Below are positions 13,092-22,700 of a stretch of DNA of 64,000 nt, one piece after another. The DNA lies in the NCBI GenBank assembly GCA_002269645.1, contig NIVC01000521.1, positions 186,001 through 250,000 of the forward strand. Reading direction: 5' to 3'. Origin of the DNA: Macrostomum lignano. Its lineage: Eukaryota. Position 1 is the stretch's first letter. The number at the start of each line of letters is the position of its first letter. A program made the translations under genes and the position numbers. The notes under the pieces were generated by a model that saw only the letters and a list, made by a program, of their open reading frames with translations, was not told the origin of the DNA and searched no databases.

Positions 13092-16000
13092 CAGATAGAT
13101 AGATAGAATAGATAGATAGATTCATAGAAAGCTAGATAGACAGACAGACAGATACATGGTCATGGTATTGTCACAGATAATTGCCGTATAAATGCAGTAA
13201 ACTCAACGTCGCACACCAGAGCGAGCCACGAGCGAATCCAGTGTACTTAGCTGGCCCAGTGCAAATGCTTTAAAAGTTAAATGCCGGCCTCTTCCAACTG
13301 CCCTTGCAATTGTCCCTTTCTCTTTGCTATCTCCAACTGTTAAAACAGGCTTGCCAAAGAGGAGCAGACTAGACATGATCTTCCTCACCTTTAAGCACAA
13401 TAATAAGCAGCGAAGTAAATTGTTCGTAAGTCCGCTCGATCTGCTTTTGTCTGTTGCGCGGGTAAAACTGCTTTTTTTGACCAGCAACAATTTTTTGCTC
13501 CAGAATCTTGATTTGCAATAGGCAATTTTGGTTTTGATCTTGTTTTCTTGTCGGCCTCGTGGGGCGACGATGTAAGTTTTTAATTGGTAGCTAATTGCTC
13601 AGGTAGTTTTATTTCGTAGGTAATTGCTCAGGTAGTTTTAATTGGTAGATAATTGCTCAAGTAGTTTTAATTGGTAGCTAATTGCTCAGGTAGTTTTAAT
13701 TGGTAGCTAATTGCTCAGGTAGTTTTATTTGGTAGATAATTGCTCCAGTAGTTTTAATTGGTAGCTAATGGCTCAGGTAGTTTTAATTGGTAGATAATTG
13801 CTCAGGTAGTTTTAATTGGTAGCTAATTGCTCCGGTAGATTTATTTGGTAGATAATTGCTCCAGTAGTTTTAATTGGTAGCTAATTGCTCAGGTAGTTTT
13901 AATTGGTAGCTAATTGCTCAGGTAGTTTTATTTGGTAGATAATTGCTCCCGTAGTTTTAATTGGTAGCTAATTGCTCAGGTAGTTTTAATTGGTAGATAA
14001 TTGCTCAGGTAGTTTTATTGTCCTTGTTTTAATTCGAGTCTAAGTTAGTTACTTATCTATAGAAGCTTGTGACGTTTCTTTAATTAATTTATAATTAATT
14101 AGATAGTTAGTAAGACCAATAAGGCAAAACGGAAGGTAAACTCGCCGTTAAACTTGCAGGCCTACCGCCTGTGTGCCGTTTGTCGACTGTATTCTCTAAA
14201 TTGCGATTCGATATTCGACGGAATTATAAATTTAACGTAAGATTAATTAGGATTCAAAGCAGGGAAGATTTTCGTAATTTCCAGTCTTGAATAAACATTG
14301 TTTTAATTCTTTATTATTTTATATTTTAATTGTTTCTCCAAGCATTAATTGCTTACAACTTGTGACGTTTCAAATCAGTTCCTGTCGAAAAAGTTCCGCA
14401 TTTTAAAATGATTAACAATAATTTTTTCTATGCAATGTTTTTTCTAGGAATTGCCTACAAATATCGTATAGATGGCATTTTTAGTCATTTTCGGACCAAG
14501 GCCAAGTCTAAATATCGGGAAATCGTAAGCCAAAATAATGCGCCTCTGCTACTACTCACAACTACAACTACAACTACGTGTGTTGCGTGTACTTTTGTGT
14601 TACATTGTAAACGGCGTTTATTTGATGCTCGCCGTGTCTAAATCATAGGGTTGAGATTAAGGCATGTTTAAAATCATAACGGTGAGATTAAGCCATATTT
14701 GAAATCATAGAGGTGAGATTAAGCTGTGGCCAAGTATTGGGATGAGATTAAGCCATGTTTGAAATCATAGGGTGAGATTAAGCTGTGGCCAAGTATTGGG
14801 ATGAGATTAAGCCATGTTTGAAATCATAGGGTGAGATTAAGCTGTGGCCAAGTATTGGGATGAGATTAAGCCATATTTGAAATCATAGGGTTGATATTAA
14901 GCTGTGGCCAAGTATTGGGATGAGATTAAGCCATGTTTGATATCATAGGGGTGAGATTAAGCTGTGGCCAAGTATTGGGATGTGATTAAGCCATGTTTGA
15001 AATCATAGGGGTGAGATTAAGCTGTGGCCAAGTATTGGGATGAGATTAAGCCATATTTGAAATCATAGGGGTGAGATTAAGCTGTGGCCAAGTATTGGGA
15101 TGTGATTAAGCCATGTTTGATATTATAGGGTGAGATTAGGGCATGTTTAAAATCATAAGGGGTGAGATTAAGTCATATTTGAAATCATAGGGGTGAGATT
15201 AAGCTGTGGCCAAGTATTGGAATGAGATTAAGCCATGTTTGAAATCATAGGGGTGAGATTAAGCTGTGGCCAAGTATTGGGATGTGATTAAGCCATGTTT
15301 GAAATCATAGGGTGAGATTAAGCTGTGGCCAAGTATTGGGATGTGATTAAGCCATGTTTGAAATCATAGGGTTGATATTAAGCTGTGGCCAAGTATTGGG
15401 ATGTGATTAAGCCATGTTTGAAATCATAGGGTTGATATTAAGCTGTGGCCAAGTATTGGGATGTGATTAAGCCATGTTTGAAATCATAGGGTTGATATTA
15501 AGCTGTGGCCAAGTATTGGAATGAGATTAAGCCATGTTTGAAATCATAGGGTTGATATTAAGCTGTGGCCAAGTATTGGAATGAGATTAAGCCATGTTTG
15601 AAATCATAGGGGTGATATTAAGCTGTGGCCAAGTATTGGGATGTGATTAAGCCATGTTTGAAATCATAGGGGTGAGATTAAGCTGTGACCAAGTATTGGG
15701 ATGTGATTAAGCCATATTTGAAATCATAGGGTGAGATTAAGCTGTGACCAAGTATTGGGATGTGATTAAGCCATATTTGAAATCATAGGGTGAGATTAAG
15801 CTGTGACCAAGTATTGGGATGTGATTAAGCCATATTTGAAATCATAGGGGTGAGATTAAGCTGTGGCCAAGTATTGGGATGTGATTAAGCCATATTTGAA
15901 ATCATAGGGGTGAGATTAAGCTCTGACCAATTATTGGGATGTGATTAAGCCATGTTTAAAATCATAGGGTGAGATTAAGCTGTGTTCAATCACACGGATA

Positions 16001-18319
16001 GGATCAGGCCTTGTCTTAATCCTTAGGGTTAGATTAAGCTGTGCCCAAATAGAGTGAGATTAAGCCATGCTTGAATAATTGGGATGAGATTAAGCTTTAT
16101 TATTTTTTTTCTGAAAAGTCTCCGACCGTGAAGGTGGGATTGCTGGACGAGCTGGCTGGCAGATCCAACTGCAATTTGCGACGTTTTCAAGAGCCAGTCC
16201 GAAATCCAAGAATTCCCTAATTAATCTCCTATTCAACGTATTTTCAGAGATGCCCTACACATCAAAAATAGTTTACTTATTTTCAAATTTTCGCGCTAAA
16301 ATGCGCATCAAACTGAGGAACTCTGTAAGCTAATGATGTCATGCAAGTTGTTTTTTTATTTCTAGAAAAATCTCCAATCTCCTACTGACAGTAGAGTCAT
16401 AAAGACACGGAGAACTCGCGCTCGTTTTTTGAGACAGTGAAATATGTACTATTATGTAATTAATAGTAATATATGTACTGTTGCTTTGCAATCAATTTAT
16501 ACAAAATCTCGTAGGACTTCCTTGCGACAGTCGGATAAAATATTTGCACGCAAATTTTGGCGTGAAAATTCGCGCTAGACACAAGCAGAAAGTGAGTATA
16601 CTTATTAGAGCGATATGGACAGTTCAATGGTCCGAGCGAGACTGAGTGTGAGCGGGAGGGAGACTGAGTGTGAGCGGGAGGGAGACTGAGTGTGAGCGGG
16701 AGGGAGACTGAGTGTGAGCGGGAGGGAGACTGAGTGTGAGCGGGAGGGAGACTGAGTGTGAGCGGGAGGGAGACTGAGTGTGAGCGGGAGGGAGACTGAG
16801 TGTGAGCGGGAGGGAGACTGAGGGCGAGAGGGAGACTGAGGGCGAGAGGGAGACTTGAGGACGAAAGGAAGAGGGGTATTGAAATGCATATTAAAGGTGA
16901 GGATAATAATAGTCAAGAGGAAGACAGAGAAATGAGGGAGAGATGGTAAGTGAAATGGGTTTTATTAATAAAGAGTCCCACAAGACAAACCGTTGAGTCG
17001 GTCAGAAGCGGCCGTACAGTCTTATCCAAGCTGATGGTGGTCCTAACCTGCTCATTGCCAAACTAACCGAAGAATCGCTATTCGCTTCCTCACAACTGCC
17101 ACAGAAGCTCAGCCGTCGCCAGCGCAGCTTCGAACTGGTTGCCACCAGCCTCAGCACTGACGAATTGGAGAAATTCCGGGTTATTCTCACCCGGGATTAC
17201 ACCAGCTCGGATGAGGAGTGCGGCTCCGGCGGCTCCGACCAGCTGCGGGTGCGCGAGCTGCCTTGGGAGTCTGATGAGGTAAACTATGCGCTATTTAGGT
17301 CTTTGTGTCTGCTCTGTAGGTCTTTGTGTCTGCTCTGTAGGTCTTTGTGCCTGCTCTGTAGGTCTCTGAGCCTGCTCTGTAGGTCCTTGTGCCTGCTCTA
17401 TAGGTCTTTGTGCCTGCTCTGTAGGGTCTTTGTGCCTGCTCTGTAGGTCTTTGTGCCTGCTCTGTAGGTCTGAGCCTGCTATGTTGGTCTTTGTGCCTGC
17501 TCTGTAGGTCTTTGAGCCTGCTCTGTAGGTCCTTGTGCCTGCTCTATAGGTCTTTGTGCCTGCTCTGTAGGGTCTTTGTGCCTGCTCTGTAGGTCTTTGT
17601 GCCTGCTCTGTAGGTCTGAGCCTGCTATGTTGGTCTTTGTGCCTGCTCTGTAGGTCTTTGAGCCTACTCTGTAGGTCTTTGTGGCTGCTCTGTAGGTCTT
17701 TGAGCCTGCTCTATAGGTCTTTGTGGCTGCTCTGTAGGGTCTTTGTGCCTGCTCTATAGGTCTTTGTGGCTGCTCTGTAGGTCTTTTTGTCTGCTATGTA
17801 GGTCTTTGTGCCTGCTCTGTAGGTCTTTGAGCCTGCTATGTAGGTCTTTGTGCCTGCTCTGTAGGTCTTTGAGCCTGCTATGTAGGTCTTTTTGCCTGCT
17901 CTGTAGGTCCTTCTCTGTGTCTGCTATTAGGTCTTTGTCTGTGTCTGCTCTAGAGGTCTTTGTGCGTCTGCTCTGTAGGTCCCTGTCTGTTGGTCTATTC
18001 TCTAGCTTTTCCCTCCGTTCGTCAGTATCTGTATGTTAGTCAGTGTTTTTCTATTGATATTTACATGTCCATATTTTGTCTGACCACATCCTAATCATAA
18101 TCCTAATCCCGGCAGGTAAAGCGGCTGAAGCGCCAGCTGGACCAGGTGTACGCCGACAACTGCGCCACTACCAAGCAGCGCCAGCAGCTGGCCAAGAGTA
18201 TCAGAGACCCGATGCGGGCCAGGTCGCAGCGCCCGCCGCCTGAGGGCGCGCCAGACTGGGCATTGAAACCCGCGCCGTCCTCGCCAACTGGCGCCTCGGC
18301 ATCGGGAGCGCGTCGTTAA
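9322..18319 (+). CDS. Gene A2, tandem paralog of A1, 453 aa. Exons 9322-9711, 11003-11421, 12116-12213, one of five 77-nt alternative exons, 17105-17278, 18116-18319
   Basis: In-frame GT-AG splicing and strong peptide similarity to A1 at both termini. The linker is acidic and Gln/His-rich with KxDP-type motifs. TAA stop at 18317-18319. Confidence 0.85.
9780..10975. repeat. 46-nt minisatellite filling the first coding intron of A2, about 26 copies
   Basis: ggcggacattagaaactgcacactcagtcatgctttagagccatta. Confidence 0.95.
11485..11990. repeat. Minisatellite of about 27 nt in A2 intron 2, carrying TTCCTGGAA GAS motifs
   Basis: tttcctggaaaccgctagtctc units; about 15 TTC-N3-GAA sites. Confidence 0.9.
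12288..12310 (+). promoter_or_regulatory. Putative splicing docking site for the A2 exon cassette (tcctggaaacgtcgcaagttctc)
   Basis: Its reverse complement matches sequences upstream of E2-E5; the core begins about 80 nt after the exon-3 donor. Confidence 0.75.
12618..13155. repeat. (GATA)n microsatellite between the dock and E1
   Basis: Direct reading. Confidence 0.97.
13349..13425 (+). CDS. A2 alternative exon E1 (SLPKRSRLDMIFLTFKHNNKQRSKLF)
   Basis: 77 nt, acag|GC...TTC|gtaagt, phase 1 to 0, open in frame with exons 12116-12213 and 17105. Confidence 0.85.
13575..14020. repeat. 29-nt minisatellite between E1 and E2
   Basis: ggtagttttaattggtagctaattgctca. Confidence 0.95.
14065..14078 (+). 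promoter_or_regulatory. Putative selector for E2 (gcttgtgacgtttc)
   Basis: 14 bp with dock 12293-12306 including two G-U pairs; ends about 80 nt before E2. Confidence 0.75.
14160..14236 (+). CDS. A2 alternative exon E2 (SLPPVCRLSTVFSKLRFDIRRNYKFN)
   Basis: 77 nt, ttgcag|GC...AAC|gtaaga, phase 1 to 0, homologous to E1. Confidence 0.85.
14357..14371 (+). promoter_or_regulatory. Putative selector for E3 (aacttgtgacgtttc)
   Basis: 15 bp with dock 12293-12307 including one G-U pair; ends about 75 nt before E3. Confidence 0.78.
14448..14524 (+). CDS. A2 alternative exon E3 (RIAYKYRIDGIFSHFRTKAKSKYREI)
   Basis: 77 nt, tttctag|GA...ATC|gtaagc, phase 1 to 0. Confidence 0.85.
14640..16095. repeat. 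60-nt minisatellite (two 30-nt halves) between E3 and E4
   Basis: gaaatcataggggtgagattaagctgtggccaagtattgggatgtgattaagccatgttt. Confidence 0.95.
16173..16189 (+). promoter_or_regulatory. Putative selector for E4 (aatttgcgacgttttca)
   Basis: 17 bp with dock 12291-12307 including two G-U pairs; ends about 60 nt before E4. Confidence 0.78.
16248..16324 (+). CDS. A2 alternative exon E4 (KMPYTSKIVYLFSNFRAKMRIKLRNS)
   Basis: 77 nt, ttttcag|AG...TCT|gtaagc, phase 1 to 0. Confidence 0.85.
16410..16430 (+). promoter_or_regulatory. Putative weaker selector for E5 (gagaactcgcgctcgtttttt)
   Basis: Imperfect complement of the dock (gagaact 7 bp, gcg, cgttt plus G-U pairs); ends about 85 nt before E5. 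Confidence 0.55.
16515..16591 (+). CDS. A2 alternative exon E5 (RLPCDSRIKYLHANFGVKIRARHKQK)
   Basis: 77 nt, ctcgtag|GA...AAA|gtgagt, phase 1 to 0. Confidence 0.85.
16635..16855. repeat. 22-nt minisatellite after E5
   Basis: gagactgagtgtgagcgggagg. Confidence 0.95.
17295..17990. repeat. 21-nt minisatellite in the last A2 intron
   Basis: gtaggtctttgtgcctgctct. Confidence 0.95.
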
Positions 18320-18349
18320 AGCAAAAATAAACTCTGGTGTCATGTCACA

Positions 18350-18870
18350 TGTGTCCCCCAGCCATCATAATAAACACACAGGTGTCCCCCAGCCATCATA
18401 ATAAACACACAGGTGTCCCCAGCCATCATAATAATCACACAGGTGTCCCCAGCCATGATAACAAACACACAGGTGTCCCCAGCCTTCATAATAAACATAC
18501 AGGTGTCCCCAGCCATCATAATAAACACACAGGTGTCCCCAGCCATGATAACAAACACACAGGTGTCCCCAGCCTTCATAATAAACACACAGGTGTCCCC
18601 CAGCCATCATAATAAACACACAGGTGTCCCCCAGCCATCATAATAAACACACAGGTGTCCCCCAGCCATCATAATAAACACACAGGTGTCCCCCAGCCAT
18701 CATAATAATCACACAGGTGTCCCCAGCCATCATAATAAACACACAGGTGTCCCCAGCCATCATAATAAACACACAGGTGTCCCCCAGCCATCATAACAAA
18801 CACACAGGTGTCACCCAGCCATCATAATAAACACACAGGTGTCACCCAGCCATCATAATAAACACACAGG
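18350..18870. repeat. 33-34-nt minisatellite downstream of A2
   Basis: ccccagccatcataataaacacacaggtgtc. Confidence 0.95.
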
Positions 18871-19749
18871 TATTAAGTAAGTATTAAAAAGTAAGTAAAA
18901 GTCATCTATTTGAAACCAATATTCTCTTTGTATTTGTCTTATTCTGCATCAAATTTCATGTCATCATCAGTTAGCTTTTTTTAATTCAGTCCGGCAGGTG
19001 TTTCTGCAGTTCATTGTTCTTTTTTTCTTTTTATAATTTTTCGCTATGCTTTAGTAAAAATTTCATGTTCATTATTAGCTACTGTTTAGGTTGAGTCGAT
19101 ATGTTTTAATTCATGCATGTGCGATCCGGTGCCAAACATCGCGCGCACACGCTCTACATATACTACTTAATACAGACACTTACTAGTAGCAGCTACTAAT
19201 TCCATCTGGACGTTGTACAGCCTGTGTGCATCTATCATATTTATATATTTGCTTGCTATTCATCTTTTTTGTCAGCTGCGTTCACTGTTATAATGCTTAT
19301 TAATATTAATATTGATAATTATCTGTATAATTATATTCAGCTTGTGTGTCCATGTGCAATTATATCTAACTTTCCTTTTTCTTACTATTACTATTGTTAA
19401 CTACTATAATATTAAATATCTGCTGCACAACTATGTCCAGCCTGTGTTGTTCTGATCCAATAAAACCATCTGATCTGTTTGCATAAATACACAATTGGTT
19501 GGCTACTCCGATACCGCAACTTCAATTGCCATCCATCCAATGTACTTTTAAGTTGAAAACGAAAATTTTTCCTGCATTTTTTATTTAAAAGAAAAAGAAA
19601 AGGCACTACTTATTTGTTATGTGTATAAGTAGTATGATGCTAGTTTTAGAAACGAGCCAGGTCTTTAAAGACTATGCAGTCTATATCCGTTGCAATTCAT
19701 GCGTATCCGGCATCGCTAGACATTGGGAGCGGTGTTGCGGCAATGCGCA

Positions 19750-22700
19750 ATGTCTGCGGAGAATCGATTGAGTCAAGTGCTGCAGCTGTGCGAGCATGAC
19801 CGCAATATTCTAGAAGTGAGGATCCAGATGAATCTACTACTATTATAGACATTTTCATCATACTCGTATTCAACCTATCCCGTTGAAAACGTTACCGTGA
19901 CAAGAATCGCTAAATAGTCATTGCAAACAGCTCACTAGTGACTCTGGTGTGAATCCTGTGACTAAGAGTCGTAAAAGAGTTATCCAAGAGTCGTTGGGTT
20001 TGCGCCTAACTGTCTACTGATTCAAGTAGTCTAAATAGAGTTGTTAAAAATGAGAACTGCGATTCTAATTCATAAAGTGACGATTCATAAAGGATGGGCG
20101 TTCCATGGTGGAAGTCATCGCAATTACCAAGAGTCATGTGTCTACGAGTATATTTCGTTATGTAGGTTCCGTTCTACTTTCGGTTGTGTCTATATTGCGT
20201 TATGTAGGTTCAGTTCCACTTCCGGTTGTGTCTATATTGCGTTATGTAGGTTCAGTTCCACTTCCGTTTGTGTCTATATTGCGTTATGTAGGTTCAGTTC
20301 CACTTCCGGTTGTGTCTATATTGCGTTATGTAGGTTCAGATCCACTTCCGGTTGTGTCTATATTGCGTTATGTAGGTTCAGTTCCACTTCCGGTTGTGTC
20401 TATATTGCGTTATGTAGGTTCAGTTCCACTTCCGGTTGTGTCTATATTGCTATCAATAGGTTTGGTGACACCTCTGGTTGCGTCTATACTGCTCTCAATA
20501 GGTTTGGTGGCACTTCCGGTTGTATCTATATTGCGTCATGTAGGTTCAGTTCTACTTCCGGTTGTGTCTACGAGTATATTACGTTATGTAGGTTCAGTTT
20601 CACTTCCGGTTTTGTCTATATTGCATCATGTATAGTAGGTTCAGTTCAACTTCCGGTTGTGTCTATATTGCATCATTTAGGTTCAGTTCCACTTCCGGTT
20701 GTATCTATATTGCGCCATGTAGGTTCAGTTCTACCTCCGGATATATATCTACCATATCTTTGGTATGTATATATATATACGAGTATATATGGTTGTGTCT
20801 ATTGTGTCTATTGCTCCCAGTATATATAGTAGACACAATACAATATATTCTAGAGAGAGATCCATCTAGAATATAAGCATCATTTAGGTTCAGTTCAACT
20901 ACCGGTTATGTCTATATTGCGCCATGTAGATGCAGTTCCACTTCCGGTTTTTCAACTTTTATTTCTAATATAACCTGTAATTGCTATTTACATAGTAGCT
21001 CCCTACCATAAGTAAAATGGTTCAGGATAAGCCTTAATTTCCTAACTTTACTTAGTGAAAGCGTCCAAATGTTTTGCAATCGAGTGGCGATCTTCCAACT
21101 CCCCTGCCAGGAGCTGCGCTCGCTGTACAACTCTCTATGGAACGGCTTCCTGACGCTGAAATTCCGTCGCATCGTGGATCCCGTTGTACTGCGCCACCTT
21201 CGCTACCTGACCGAGGTGGACTGCGCCAATGCGCAAAACGACTGCATCCAGCGTGCCTATGAGTTTCTCAACGAGGTCTGCCAGGCTGTCAGCGACAGCT
21301 ATGACTCGGATATTCGTAGCGCCGGGGCCAGCGAGATGGCTATGACGCTTGAGGATGAGAAAATGGCCGAGCTGTCCGTGCTGAAGGCTAAGTAAGCTAA
21401 AGTTGCGGATGTACTTTCGGTTTCACTTCCGGTTGTGTCGATATTGATCCCAGTAGGTTTGATTCTACTTCCGGTTGTGTCGATATTGATCCTAGTAGGT
21501 TTGGTTCCACTTCTTTTTGTGTCGATATTGATCCTAGTAGGTTTGGTTCCACTTCCGGTTGTGTCTATATTGATCCCAGTAGGTTTGATTCTACTTCCGG
21601 TTGTGTCGATATTGATCCTAGTAGGTTTGGTTCCACTTCTTTTTGTGTCGATATTGATCCTAGTAGGTTTGGTTCCACTTCCGGTTGTGTCGATATTGAT
21701 CCTAGTAGGTTTGGTTCTACTTCCGGTTGTGTCGATATTGATCCTAGTAGGTTTGGTTCCACTTCTTTTTGTGTCGATATTGATCCTAGTAGGTTTGGCT
21801 CAACTTCCGGTTGTGTCTATATTGATCCCAGTAGGTTGGGTTCCACTTCCGGTTGTGTCTATATTGATCCCAGTAGGTTGGGTTCCACTTCCGGTTGTGT
21901 GTGTCTATTTGTCTCCAAGGGGTTTATTTCCGATTGTGTCTAAATTACCATAATCTCACTTTCGATTAGCTTGAATCCGTTAATGCTGAATCTGATCCTA
22001 CTGATCGATCCCCATGAATCGCAAATGCCAGATTCGAGAAAGAGCCGCACGAGCTGGTCCGGCTGATGCAGGCCTGCCTGATGGAGGAGAGCCGCCTGCT
22101 GGCCAGGACTGCCGCTGCTGAGTCACAGGGGCCGGCCAGCGGTGTGAGTGGCCGGCTGCCGCTTGGTTGCATGTCTCTCTCTGTCACTCTGTCAGTCTGT
22201 CTGTCTGTCTGTTTGTCTGTCTCACATGCCAGTGCATCCCTCCAATCGGCAGGCTGCCCCGAAGCGGCCATCCTCCTCAGACTCCGCACTGCTGGACGCG
22301 GCTCTCGACACCAACCGGAAGCTTCGCCGCCTAGCCGTGGACCAGCAGCAGCAGCCGGCCCCGGACCCGGCCAGCCTGGAGGCGGAGCTGCGCAGCCAGC
22401 ACGAGGCTCTGGTTGGTCAGCTGAACAGCCGGGAGTCGCTGATCAACAGCCCCAGCAGCGGCCGGGACTCCGACAGGCTGGGCCGCGAGCTGTCCTGCGT
22501 GCTGGACTCGCTGCTCCGGCTGTACGAGGCCAACCCGCTGCCGCGCCTCGCAGCCATGGCCGGCGACCTGCTAACAAGGAGTCTGCTGATCCTGACTCAG
22601 GACGACCAGGTCATCAAGCAGAGGAAGTCCAATTATTGTCTGAGTCTGCGCTATTTGGCTGGCGACTTTCTCCAGCCCGACCGTCTGTACGAGTTTAAGG

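Noticed and set aside
16119-16237. Open frame with FATF similarity before E4
   Set aside because: Wrong length and poor donor; overlaps the E4 selector and branch region
16366-16445. Additional cassette exon between E4 and E5
   Set aside because: The phase-1 reading hits TGA after a few codons and no 77-nt AG-GT window fits; the stretch is better explained as containing the E5 selector
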